Assembly (NCBI GenBank): GCA_964016885.1 | Contig: OZ024742.1 | Coordinates: 289,726,001-289,790,000, forward strand | Length of the DNA: 64,000 bases | Direction: 5' to 3' | From: Eledone cirrhosa | Taxonomy: Eukaryota | Part shown: one piece after another, positions 23,417 to 36,065 of the stretch | How the letters are laid out: the number at the start of each line of letters is the position of its first letter | How positions within the stretch are numbered: position 1 is the stretch's first letter | The notes under the pieces: generated by a model | What the model saw: only the letters and a program-made list of their open reading frames with translations | Told to the model about the DNA's origin: nothing | Databases searched by the model: none | Program-made: the position numbers and the translations under genes

Positions 23417-25282
23417 ATTCATTATCATCATCATAATAATCATCGTTTAACGTCTATCTTCCACACCAGCATGGGTTTAGATGGGAATTGTCTCTCTCGA
23501 GGCAAGATTGGTCGGGAGACCGTGTCTCGCTAGTATAGTACTGTCTGGCAGGTTTTCTATGGTTGGATGCCCTTCCTAACACCAACCATGTTTACAGTGT
23601 GGACTGGGAGGTTTTTACCGTGTTACCTACACGGCCACATTTATTTAGGACTGGATGTTGTGGTACCAACATAACTTTACAGAGAGAGGGTGGTGTTGGT
23701 GGGAGTGGGGGTGGAGTAGGGGTAGTGGGATGGGTGTATATTTGGTTTCGCTATGTACATAGGCAAGGCGGGTCTTCTGTATTACTGTGTAGCGCCAAAG
23801 ATCTCGGTCCAGTGACATTGTCTTAGAGAGGTGTAAGTGTGTGAGGTCGGAATTTACCAAATCTTCCAAGGTTTTTCTGGGTATACCTACTCCGTAACTT
23901 CCATCAATTTTGATTGCCCTGCACTTTTTTATACAGCTGTTATCTTTCATGCACATCATGTGACCATACCAACATAGTCTACTCTCGGGTAAACAACATC
24001 TGATCCCTCTTATTCCTAATTTCTCATTTAGTTCATTTGTGCTTTGCCGTTCGCGTATATTACTATTACACATACAACGGAGCATGCATGCTTCGTTCCT
24101 CTCCAGTCTGCGCAGGTCCTCTGCACACAATGCCCATGTCTCACTGCCATGTAACATTGCTGTTCGTATGCACGCATCATACAATCTGCCTTTCATTTTT
24201 TAGAGAGAAACCTTTAGTGGCCAATAGTGGTATAAGCTCTCTGAACTTTTTCCATCCCGTTCTGATTCTGGCTACTGTACTTTCAGAGCACCCTCCACCA
24301 CTGCTGATTTCGTCACCCAGGTAACGGAAAGTGTCTACTATTTCTATAGAACCATCTGGGCAATGGAAGGAGCTAGTATCCTGTGGGCACTTTCTACTTA
24401 TTGCACTTGAACATCGGCCACATATAAAAATCTATGTTCTTAGATAGCTTACCTGTGATCCCACATCTTTTATGTACCCATAGTTTGCATTTGGGACATA
24501 AAATGGAATTTCTGCCTACTCCTTTCCTACACACTGAGCATGGCCATTTCCCAGAGGCAACCTGTGCCCTATTTTCCTTTCTACATACTAGAACTTTAAT
24601 CTTAGACAACTTTAAGGCCTTTTGATTCTAGGCCATGCTTCCATGTTTGGAATTTCTTCTCTAGTTCAGCCATCAATTCAGCTATGAGAGTTAGATTATC
24701 AGTGTATAGAAGTTCCCATGGGCAGGCGGTCTTGAACTCCTCTGTTATAGCGTGAAGGGCAATAATAAATAGGAGGGGGCTAAGGACAGCCTTGATGAAC
24801 ACCAACATTTACGCTAAGTTCTTCACTATATTCGTTGTTAATTCTAACCTTGCTGACTGTTTCTTTATACATGGCTTGTATAGCTCTCACAAGCCATTCA
24901 TCAACACCTAGTTTTCTAAGAGCCCATCAGATAATGGAGCGGGGGATTCTGTCAAAGGCTTTCTCCAAGTCAACAAAAGCTAAGTATAGGGGTTTACTTT
25001 TAGCTAGGTACTTCTCCTGTAGTTGTCATACAAGGAAAAGAGCGTCTGTGGTACTTTTACCTGACACAAACCCAAATTGCATTTCATCTAGATCAATACG
25101 CTCTCTGATTAGTTGCGCTATAACTCTTTCTGTGACCTTTATGACCTGGTCAACTAATTTAATGCCTCTGTAGTTTCCCCTATCTAGAGCATCTCATTTA
25201 CTCTTGTAGCAGTTAATGATGATGCTGCTACGCCAGTCATTTGGTATGACCCCATTCTGTATGACTTGGTTTACTATCCGGA
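23417..25282 (-). mobile_element. RTE LINE, 5'-truncated, degenerate
   Basis: RT, PHD-like and C-terminal motifs; tail at the left end. Confidence 0.92.
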
Positions 25283-25308
25283 GTTATAATTGTTTCTACT
25301 TTTGGCAC

Positions 25309-25690
25309 AAATTTCATTTCATTTTTTCCGTTTATCGTTTTCGGTGCACCCGGCCGATTAACCCACTCGATATGCAAATTGCGCTACTCAGCCATTAATA
25401 TGCATAAGGTAAGTATATACATTCAACAATCTGGCAGGAAGGTATACGTTGCTGACGATAGCTAATAAGCTTGAAACTAGTACAGCGTTCCTTTGTCAGT
25501 GTTGAACAAACGAGCAACGATGGTTGCTAGACACTACGGCTTAATACGGGATGTTTGTTTACAAACACACCGAGCATTATAATAAATGTTCGGTGAATCC
25601 ATACGTACATATATATATGTGTGCATGTATGTATATATATACATACTACTGTACGTCTGTATACATATATGTATGCATGTGTACATACTT
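25309..25690 (+). mobile_element. Diverged copy of the 442-nt HHR element
   Basis: Reverse-complement similarity to 4850-5260, reading through the monomer junction. Confidence 0.75.
25446..25488 (+). ncRNA. Minimal HHR
   Basis: acgttg CTGACGA t-agct-aata-agct-t GAAA cta GTA cagcgt. Confidence 0.8.
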
Positions 25691-25736
25691 ATATATATAT
25701 ATAGATATATATATATATTATATATATATTATGTAT

Positions 25737-25895
25737 ATAGGAAAATGTTCAAGACCCCGACGGCAGAACTCAAGCCATTTTGACGGATATTTCTGGGCAG
25801 CTATTTCAGTCCAGAAATAGCCGTCGGGGTCTTGAGTATTGAGTACTCCGGTGCGTTATGGTCCACCTGGTTCCTTACCACACTTCCTTCGTTAT
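25737..25895 (+). mobile_element. Fold-back family copy, internally deleted (cf. 36923 and 54709)
   Basis: aagaccccgacggc...gccgtcggggtctt followed by gagtattgagtac...ccttcgttat. Confidence 0.7.
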
Positions 25896-26172
25896 TATCT
25901 CCTTATAATATATAACCAGCAATTTCTCTGTCTGTCTGTCCGACAGTGGAAACACGTGCGCGCGTGGTTGCTATCTCTCTCTCCAGCTATCCCTCTCTTT
26001 TAGTCTGTCTGTTTCTCTCACTCTCACTCTTTCTCTTTGTAACACACTAACATTCCTCCCCTCTATCGCTGTGACGAATGGGGAGATGGAGGAGGAGGAG
26101 AGAGTCACTTCGTCACTTCACCTCTGCCTTTCTTTCTCTCCCCTCTCACTCCCTCATTACGTACAGACATTA

Positions 26173-26842
26173 GGGCGGTGGATTGGCAGAATCTGTAGAG
26201 AGTCGGACACCATGCTTCATAGCATGGAGTTACGTTCCTTTACGGTCTGAGTTCAAATACCGCCGAGGTTAACTTTGCCTTTCATCCTCACGGGGTCGAT
26301 AAATAAAGCCACGGAATAGACAGACCCAGAAAAACCTGGGACGAGCTGATAAATTCTGACCTCACACACTTACACCTCACCAAGACAATGTCACTGGACC
26401 GAGACCTTTGGCGGTACTCAGTAATAGAGAAGACCCGCCTTACCTAAATACAAAGTAAAACCTACTACAGTTAGTAGGCATCTCTAACAAAATACACTCC
26501 CGTCCCACCACCCCCACCCCATCCACACCGCCCCTTTCAATGTAAAGTTATGTTGGTGCCACAACATCCAGGCCGAAACAAATGAGATCGTGTAGGTGTC
26601 ACGTCAAAAAAACACACAGTTCACGCTGTAATGTGGCCGTGTAGGCAACACGGTAAAAACCTCCCAACCCCACACTGTAAATGTGGTTGGTGTTAGGAAG
26701 GGCATCCAGCTGTAGAAAACCCGCCAGATAGTCCTATGCGAGCAAGATAACCACTCTTGCCTCAAGTGGGAAAACCCTCCGTCCAAACCCATGCAAGCGT
26801 GGAACACGGACGTTAAACGATGATGATGATGATGATGATGAT
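26173..26842 (+). mobile_element. Nin-like SINE 5' part fused to an RTE 3' fragment
   Basis: SINE runs to ~26307 (gtcgataaataaa), then directly gccacggaataga...RTE 3' UTR and (ATG)n. Confidence 0.8.
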
Positions 26843-26846
26843 ATAG

Positions 26847-26882
<36 letters not shown>

Positions 26883-27002
26883 TATATATATATATATATA
26901 ATATATTATATATATATATATATAATATATTATATATATATAATATATTATATATATATATATATAATATATTATATATATATATAATATATTATATATA
27001 TA

Positions 27003-28834
27003 TGAATGGGGTTGTTCCGAAGGACCGGCATAGCAGCATCATCGTTAACTGTTATAAGGGTAAATGAGACGCCCTAGATAGGAGTAACTATAGAGGCATT
27101 AAATTAATCGACCAGGTCATGAAGGTCGCGGAAAAAGTAATAGCGCAACTAATCAGAGAGAGAATTGACCTAGATGAAATGCAGTTCGGGTTTGTGTCAG
27201 GCAAAAGTACCACAGACGCTCTTTTCATAGTACGACAACTACAGGAGAAGTACCTAGCTAAAGGTAAACCCCTCTACTTAGCTTTTGTCGACTTGGAGAA
27301 AGCCTTCGACAGAGTCCCCCGCTCCATTATCTGGTGGGCTCTTAGAAAACTAGGCGTTGACGAATGGCTTGTGAGGGCTATACAAGCCATGTATAAAGAA
27401 ACAGTCAGCAAGGTTAGAATTAACAACGAATATAGTGAAGAGTTTAGCGTAAAAGTTGGCGTCCATCAGGGCTCTGTTCTCAGCCCCCTACTATTTATTA
27501 TTGCCCTTCAGGCTATAACAGAGGAGTTCAAGACCGGCTGCCCATGGGAACTCCTATACGCAGACGACCTGACACTCATAGCGGAATCAATGGCAGAGCT
27601 AGAGAAGAAATTCCAAACATGGAAGCACGGCCTAGAGTCAAAAGGACTTAAAATTAACCTGGCTAAGACTAAAGTTCTAGTTTGTAGGAAAGAAAATAAG
27701 GCGGCGGTCCCTTCTGGGAAATGGTCATGCTCGGTGTATAGGAAAGGCGTAGGTAGAAACTCCATTTTATGTCCTAAATGCAAAGTATGGGTGCATAAAA
27801 GATGTAGTGGGATCACAGGTAAGCTAACTAAGAACATAGATTTTACATGTGGCCGGTGTTCTGGTGCAATAAGTAGCAGCAAGTGCCCATAAAATACTAG
27901 CTCTTTCAATTGCGCAGAGGGTTCTATAGAAATAGTGGACAGCTTCCGTTACCTGGGCGATAAAATCAGCAGTGGGGGAGGGTGCTCTGAAAGTACAGTA
28001 GCTAGAGTCAGAACTGGTTGGAAAAAGTTCAGAGAGCTTATACCACTATTAGCTGCTAAAGGGTTCTCCCTAAAAATGAAAGGCAGGTTGTACGATGCCT
28101 GCATACGAACAGCAATGTTGCATGGCAGTGAGACCTGGGCATTGTGTACAGAGGATATACGCAGACTAGAGAGGAACGAAGCTTGCATGCTCCGCTGGAT
28201 GTGTAACAGTAATATACGTGAACGGCAAAGCATAAACGAACTAAGGAAAAAATTAGAGATAAGAGGGATCAGATGTTGTTTACTCGAGAGAAGGCTACGT
28301 TGGTATGGACACGTGATGCGCATGAAAGTCGATAGCTGTATAACAAAGTGCAGGACAATAAAGATAGACGGTAGCCACGGAATAGGCAGACCTAGAAAAA
28401 CCTGGGACGAGCTGATAAACTCCGACCTCACACACTTACACCTCTCCAAGACAATGTCACTGGACCGAGACCTTTGGCGGTACTCAGTAACAGAGAAGAC
28501 CCGCCTTGCCAGTAGGCATCTCTAACAAAATACACCCCGTCCCACCACCCCCACCCCATCCACACCACCCCGTTCTATGTAAAGTTATGTTGGTGCCGCG
28601 CCATCCAGGCCGAAACAAATGAGATCGTGTAGGTGTCACGACAAAAAAACACACAGTCCACGCTGTAATGTGGCCGTGTAGGCAACACGGTAAAAACCTC
28701 CCAGACCCACACTGTAAATGAGGTTGGTGTTAGGAAGGGCATCCATCTGTAGAAATCAAGCCAGAATCAGTTCCCGTCCCACCCTTGCAAGCAGGGAAAA
28801 AGTTGACGTAAAATGAAATTATGATGATGATGAT
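27003..28834 (+). mobile_element. Young RTE LINE, 5'-truncated, with swapped terminal tail
   Basis: ORFs 27119-27892 and 27935-28525 are separated by one stop codon. Confidence 0.93.
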
Positions 28835-28837
28835 ATA

Positions 28838-31800
28838 ATCCTGTCTCCCTGCCCCTCCCACCCATACATCCCACCCTCCCAACTTCAGAGTTGGTACCAT
28901 GAACGTAGGCACATTGAAAGGTCACTCAAATGAGGTTGTAGAGATACTTGAACATAAAGAAGTTGATGTTTGTTGTGTTCAAGAGACTACGTGGAGAGGG
29001 GTGTCTGCGAGATTCATCGTAGGTAAAAAACGATGCTATAAACTTTTCTGGCTGGGAAATGACATTATGTTAGCTGAAAAATGGGTAGATAAGGTAATTG
29101 ACGTAAATAGAGTGAATGACAGAATAATTGAATTAAGACTAGTTCTATATAGAACTACTGTGACAATAATATCTGCTTATGCACCCCAATCTGGTCTAGC
29201 TGATGTTATAAAGGATAGGTTCTATGAGATGCTAATGCACACTACCTCCCAAATAACCGACAGTGACTACTTAATTATTGCTGGCGATCTAAACGGTCAC
29301 GTTGGACAACATAGTGACGGCTATGATGGAATCCATGGAAATAGAAATGAGGAGGGCTTCAGAATCCTGGAATTCTGTGACGCAAATAGCCTAACTATCT
29401 GTAACACAAACTTCAAAAAACGTGTAAACCACTTGATGACCTATAGATCAGGGGAACATGCCAGCCAGATAGATTATATCCTTACTAGAAGACGGGACAA
29501 AATGTCTGTTGTAAACACTAAATCCATCCCCCGTGAAGAATGCACCTCCCAACATAGCCTAGTAGTTAGTGACCTCACAGTCAGGAATAGACGTACTCGA
29601 CGACAGAAGAGGCCTACCTTGAGGAGAAGAATATGGAAGTTGAAGGACCCCATAGCCAGTGACAAATTTAAAAGCTTATTACTTGATGCCTTTGACAATA
29701 AGGAAGAGCAATTAGAGACGTGCAATATACAGGAATAGTGGCAATTCTTGAAAGTGAACCTGCTGAAAGCAACGGATGAAATCTGTGGCTGGAGCAGACC
29801 GATAGGCAGGAGGAGAGTAACTTGGTGGTGGAACAGTAAGGTGGAAGAGACAATCAAGGCCAAAAAGCAGGCTTGGAAAGTATGGCAGGATGGGGGAAGT
29901 AGAGAGCACTATCAAGTGGCCAGGAGAGAAGCTGGGAGACAAGTGTACCTTGCAAAAAGGGTAGCAGAGGATAGAAAGTTCAAGCATGTTCTGCAACGTG
30001 AGGACCAAAAATGTGAGGTGTTCAGGATTGCTAGACAATGTGTCAAGGAAAACCGTGATATTGTCGGCGAGAAGTGTGTCCGTAATGATAATGGTGTACT
30101 TGCGCTCACTGATACTGATATGAAGATAGCCTGGAAGTGTCACTACGAGACACTATTAAATGAGAATAAATGGGAAAAAGATAGTCTGCCCCAAATCGAT
30201 CCAATAGAATGACCAGCGGTGCAAGTTAATGGTAGTATAATAAGTAAGGCAATCAAAGATATGAAGATAGGCAAGGCAGCTGGGCCTTCGGAGATAGTTG
30301 CTCAGATGTTGAAGGCATCTGGTATGGACACGCTATGGTCACCCGTATAGTTAACCAAGTCATACAGAATGGGGTCATACAAAAAGACTGGCGTAGCAGC
30401 AGCATCATTAACTGTTACAAGGGTAAAGGAGATGCTCTAGATAGGGGAAACTATAGAGGCATTAAGTTAGTTGACCAGGTCATGAAGGTCTCAGAAAGAG
30501 TTACAGCGCAACTAATCAGAGAGCGAATTGATCTAGATGAAATGCAGTTTGGGTTTGTGTCAGGTAAAAGTAAAACAGACGCTCTTTTCCTTGTACGACA
30601 ACTACAAGAGAAGTACCTAGCTAAAAGTAAACCCCTCTACTTAGCTTTTGTAGACCTGGAGAAATCTTTTGACAGAGTCCCCCGCTCCATTATCTGGTGG
30701 GCTCTTAGAAAACTAGGTGTAGATGAATGGCTTGTGAGAGCTATACAAGCTATGAATAATGAAACAGTCAGTAAGGTTAGAATTAACAATGAATATTGTG
30801 AAGAATTTAGTGTAAAAGTTGGCGTTCATCAAGGCTCTGTCCTTAGCCCCCTCTTATTTATTATTGCCCTTCACACTATAACAGAGGAGTTCAAGACTGG
30901 CTGCCCATGGGAACTCCTATACGCAGATGATCTAACACTCATAGCCGAATCAATGGCTGAACTAGAGAAGAAATTCGAAACATGGAAGCATGGCCTAGAA
31001 TCAAAAGGCCTTAAAGTTAACTTGTCTAAAGTTCTAGTTTGTAGAAAAGAAAATAGGGCACAGGTGCCCTCAGGGAAATGGCTATGCTCAGTGTGTAGGA
31101 AAGGAGTAGGCAGAAATTCCATTTTATGTCCCAAATGCAAAGTATGGGTACATAAAAAATGTAGTGGGATCACAGGTAAGCTATCTAAGAACGTAGACTT
31201 TATATGTGGCCAATGCTCAGGTGCAATAAGTAGCAAGTGTCCACAGGATACTAGCTCCTTCCATTGCCCAGATGGTTCTATAGAAATAGTAGACACTTTC
31301 CGTTACCTGGGTGACAAAATCAGCAGTGGTGGAGGGTGCTCTGAAAGTACAGTAACCAGAGTCAGAACGAGCTGGAAAGGTTCAGAGAGCTTATACTGCT
31401 GTTGACCACAAAAGGTTTCTCTCTAAAATTGAAAGGCAGATTGTATGATGCCTGTATACGAACAGCAATGCTACATGGCAATGAGACATGGGCATTACAT
31501 GCAGAGGACCTGCATAGACTGGAAAGGAACGAAGCATGCATGCTCCGCTGGATGTGTAATAGTAATATACGTGAACGGCAAAGCATAAATGAACTAAGTG
31601 AGAAATTAGGAATAAGAGGGATTAGATGCTGTTTACTTGAGAGAAGACTACGTTGGTATGGTCACGTGATGTGCATGAAAGATAACAGCTGTATAAAAAA
31701 GTGCAGGGCGATCAAAATTGATGGTAGTTACGGAGTAGGTAGACCCAGAAAAACCTAGGATGATCTGATAAATTCCGACCTCACACACTTACATCTCTCT

Positions 31801-32242
31801 AAGACAATGTCTCTGGACCGAGACCTTTGGTGTTACGCAGTAATACAGAAGACCCGCCTTGCCTATGTACAAAGCGAAACCTACAGTCAGTAGGCACCTC
31901 TTAACCAAATATACACCCCAATCTACTACCCCTACCCTATCCTCCCACTCCCACGAACAGCAAGAGAAAATGAGATCGAGTTTGTGTAGGTGTCACAACA
32001 AAAAACACACACAGTCCACGCTGTAATGTGGCCGTGTAGGTAACACGGTAAAAAGTTCCCAGTTCCACACTGTAAATGTGGTTGGTGTTAGGAAGGGCAT
32101 CCAGCCGTAGAAAACCTGGCAGATAGTCCTATAAGAGAGAGACACGGTCACCCGACCAGCCTTGCCTCAAGTGGGACAACTCCCTTCTAACCCATGCTAG
32201 CGTGGAAAACGGACGTTAAACGAAGATGATGATGATGATGAT
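28838..32242 (+). mobile_element. RTE LINE covering nearly the whole ORF (APE + RT + PHD-like), inactivated
   Basis: VGTMNVGTL, CVQET, SAYAPQ, GDLNGHVG, QIDYIL and H-LVV APE motifs; RT ORF 30335-31405; (ATG)n tail. Confidence 0.95.
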
Positions 32243-32262
32243 ATATTATATATATATATATA

Positions 32263-32482
32263 CATAAAGTTAGTTCCACAACAGTTAGTAAACCATATTC
32301 AAGAACACGTTTCACCTTGCAGATTTTCAACTTGAGTACTGGCTCAGGCCGAAAAACGGAAGTCTATATGAATATGGTTTGCTAACTGTTGTGGAACTGA
32401 ACTAACTTTATACCAAACTTGTCCCATGGACCGAGTGCTCTACTTACTATGGATATAACCTCCTAGTGTTCTACCACTATAC
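32263..32482 (+). mobile_element. Fold-back insert in TA tract
   Basis: ataaagttagttccacaacagttagtaaaccatattca pairs with tgaatatggtttgctaactgttgtggaac...aactttat. Confidence 0.6.
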
Positions 32483-32598
32483 ATATATATCAAGTACTTT
32501 TTGAAACAGTGAGCGAGTTTTCGACATATTTTTGACTAAAGAAATTTTAGCCTGATATTAAGAAATGGAAAAAGATGAGTATTGACGTACATATATAT

Positions 32599-32983
32599 AT
32601 CATCATTTCATCATTTCATTTTACGTCCACTTTTTCCCTGCTTGCAAGGGTGGGACGGGAACTAATGCTGGCTTGATTTCTACAGCTGGATGCCCTTCCT
32701 AACACCAACCTCATTTACAGTCAGTGCTGGGGGCTTATTTTCCGTGGCGCCTACACATCCACTTTACAGTGTGGGCTGGGTGCTTTTTTGACGTGGCACC
32801 TCCACGACCACTTTGCAGTGGAATGATATGTCCCTATGATCTCATTTCTACAGCTGAGTAAACTGGAGCAATGTGAAATAAAGTGTCTTGCTCAAGGAAA
32901 CAACGCATCACCCGGTCTGAGAATTGAACTCACAACCTTTCGATTGCAAGGCCAATGCTCTAACCACTAAGCCATGTGCCTCC
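32599..32983 (-). mobile_element. tRNA-headed SINE with RTE-type tail (most complete copy)
   Basis: GGAGGCACATGGCTTAGTGGTTAGAGC...GAGTTCAATTC...; (ATG)n tail. Confidence 0.85.
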
Positions 32984-32992
32984 ATCTCTCTC

Positions 32993-33023
<31 letters not shown>

Positions 33024-33050
33024 ATATATATATAATATATATATAATATA

Positions 33051-33094
<44 letters not shown>

Positions 33095-33126
33095 TATATA
33101 TATTATATATATATATATATTATATA

Positions 33127-35691
33127 TCATCATCATCATCATCATCAACGTTTAACGTCCGCGTTCCACGCTTGCATGGGTTTGGACGGGGGTAGTCCCA
33201 CTTGAGGCAAGAGTGATTGTCTTGCTCGCATAGGACTGTCTGGCAGGTTTTCTACAGTTGGATGCCCTTCCTAGCACCAACCACATTTACAGTGTGGGTC
33301 TGGGAGGTTTTTACCGTGTTGCCTACACGGCCACATTACAGTGTGGACTGTGTGTTTTTTTGTCGTGACACCTACACGATCTCATTTGTTTCGGCCTGGA
33401 TGGCGCGGCACCAACATAACTTTACATAGAACGGGGTGGTGTGGATGGGGTGGGGGTGGTGGCGGGACGGGGGTGTATTTTGTTAGAGATGCCTACTGGC
33501 AAGGCGGGTCTTCTCTGTTACTGAGTACCGCCAAAGGTCTCGGTCCAGTGACATTGTCTTGGAGAGGTGTAAGTGTGTGAGGTCGGAGTTTATCAGCTCA
33601 TCCCATGTTTTTCTAGGTCTGCCTATTCCGTGGCTACCGTCTATCTTTATTGCCCTGCACTTTGTTATACAGCTATCGACTTTCATGCGCATCACGTGTC
33701 CATACCAACGCAGCCTTCTCTCGAGTAAACAACATCTGATCCCTCTTATCTCTAATTTTTTCCTTAGTTCGTTTATGCTTTGCCGTTCACGTATATTACT
33801 GTTACACATCCAGCGGAGCATGCAAGCTTCGTTCCTCTCTAGTCTGCGTATATCCTCTGCACACAATGCCCAGGTCTCACTACCATGCAACATTGCTGTT
33901 CGTATGCAGGCATCGTACAACCTGCCTTTCATTTTTAGGGAGAACCCTTTAGCAGCTAATAGTGGTATAAGCTCTCTGAACTTTTTCCAACCAGTTCTGA
34001 CTCTAGCTACAGTACTTTCAGAGCACCCTCCCCCACTGCTGATTTTATCGCCCAGGCAACGGAAGCTGTCCACTATTTCTATAGAACCCTCTGCGCAATT
34101 GAAAGAGCTAGTATTTTGTGGGCACTTGCTGCTACTTATTGCACCAGAACACCGGCCACATGTAAAATCTATGTTCTTAGTTAGCTTACCTGTGATCCCA
34201 CTACATCTTTTATGCACCCATACTTTGCATTTAGGACATAAAATGGAGTTTCTACCTACGCCTTCCCTACACACCGAGCATGACCATTTCCCAGAAGGGA
34301 CCGCCGCCTTGTTTTCTTTCCTACAAACTAGAACTTTGGTCTTAGCCAGGTTAATTTTAAGTCCTTTTGACTCTAGGCCGTGCTTCCATGTTTGGAATTT
34401 CTTCTCTAGCTCTGCCATTGATTCCGCTATGAGTGTCAGGTCGTCTGCGTATAGGAGTTCCCATGGGCAGCCTGTCTTGAACTCCTCTGTTATAGCCTGA
34501 AGGGCAATAATAAATAGTAGGGGGCTGAGAACAGAGCCCTGATGGACGCCAACTTTTACGCTAAACTCTTCACTATATTCGTTGTTAATTCTAACCTTGC
34601 TGACTGTTTCTTTATACATGGCTTGTATAGCCCTCACAAGCCATTCGTCAACGCCTAGTTTTCTAAGAGCCCACCAGATAATGGAGCGGGGGACTCTGTC
34701 GAAGGCTTTCTCCAGGTCGACAAAAGCTAAGTAGAGGGGTTTACCTTTAGCTAGGTACTTCTCCTGTAGTTGTCGTACTATGAAAGGAGCGTCTGTGGTG
34801 CTTTTGCCTGACACAAACCCGAACTGCATTTCATCTAGGTCAATTCTCTCTCTGATTAGTTGCGCTATTACTTTTTCCGTGACCTTCATGACCTGGTCGA
34901 TTAATTTAATGCCTCTATAGTTACTCCTATCTAGGGCGTCTCCTTTACCCTTATAACAGTTAACGATGATGCTGCTATGCCAGTCCTTCGGAACAACCCC
35001 ATTCTGTACGACTTGGTTAACTATGCGGGTGACCATGGTGTGTCCCACCGTGCCAGATGCCTTCAGCATCTCATCTCAGCAACTATTTCCGAAGGCCCAG
35101 CCGCCTTACCCGTCTTCATATCCTTGATTGCCTTACTTATTATACTCCCCTCGACTAACACTGCTGGTCCCTCTATCGGGTCGATATGGGGGAGACTGTC
35201 TTTCTCCCATTTATTCTCCTCATTTAGTAGCCTTTCATAGTGACACTTCCAAGCTACCTTCTTATCAGTGTCGGTGATGGCAAGTATGCCATCATCGTTA
35301 AGTACACACTTCGCCCCGACAATATCACGGTTTTCCTTGACGCATTGCCTGGCAATCCTGAACACCTCACGTTTTTGGTCATCGCGTTGTAGAACATGCT
35401 TGAACTTTCTTTCCTCAGCTTCCCTTCTTGCTAAGTACACTTCTCTCCTAGCTTCCCTCCTGGCCACTTGATAGTCTACTCTACTTCCCCCATCCCGCCA
35501 TACTTTCCAAGCCTGCTTTTTGGCCTTAATTGACCCCTCCACCCTACTGTTCCACCACCAAGTTACTCTCCTCCTGCCTACAGGCCTGCTCCAGCCACAG
35601 ACTTCGTCTGTCGCCAACAGCAGGTTTGCTTTCAGAAATTCCCACTGTCCCTCTATATTGTCCGATTCTAGATGCTCTTCCTTACTGTCGA
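33127..35691 (-). mobile_element. Young RTE LINE, 5'-truncated, intact 528-aa RT/C-terminal ORF
   Basis: ORF 33483-35069 with YADD; short frameshifting insertion near 35065. Confidence 0.95.
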
Positions 35692-35756
35692 TATATATAT
35701 ATAATATATATATTATATATATATATAATATATATATATATATATTATATATATAT

Positions 35757-35803
<47 letters not shown>

Positions 35804-35856
35804 TATATAATATATATATATATATATAATATATATATATATAATATATATATAAT

Positions 35857-35898
<42 letters not shown>

Positions 35899-35913
35899 AT
35901 AATATATATATAT

Positions 35914-35969
<56 letters not shown>

Positions 35970-36062
35970 ATATATATATATATTATATATATATTATATA
36001 TATATATATTATATATATATTATATATATATTATATATATTATATATATATATATATATATA
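35692..36062. repeat. (TA)n microsatellite
   Basis: Direct reading. Confidence 0.95.
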
Positions 36063-36065
36063 TTA

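Noticed and set aside
32930-32983. tRNA gene (also at 8250, 16868, 10334 and 53880)
   Set aside because: These are SINE heads continuing into SINE bodies and tails; no complete cloverleaf is evident.
33559-34500. Long antisense ORFs over RTE copies
   Set aside because: Shadow frames of the RT coding strand with no independent protein features.
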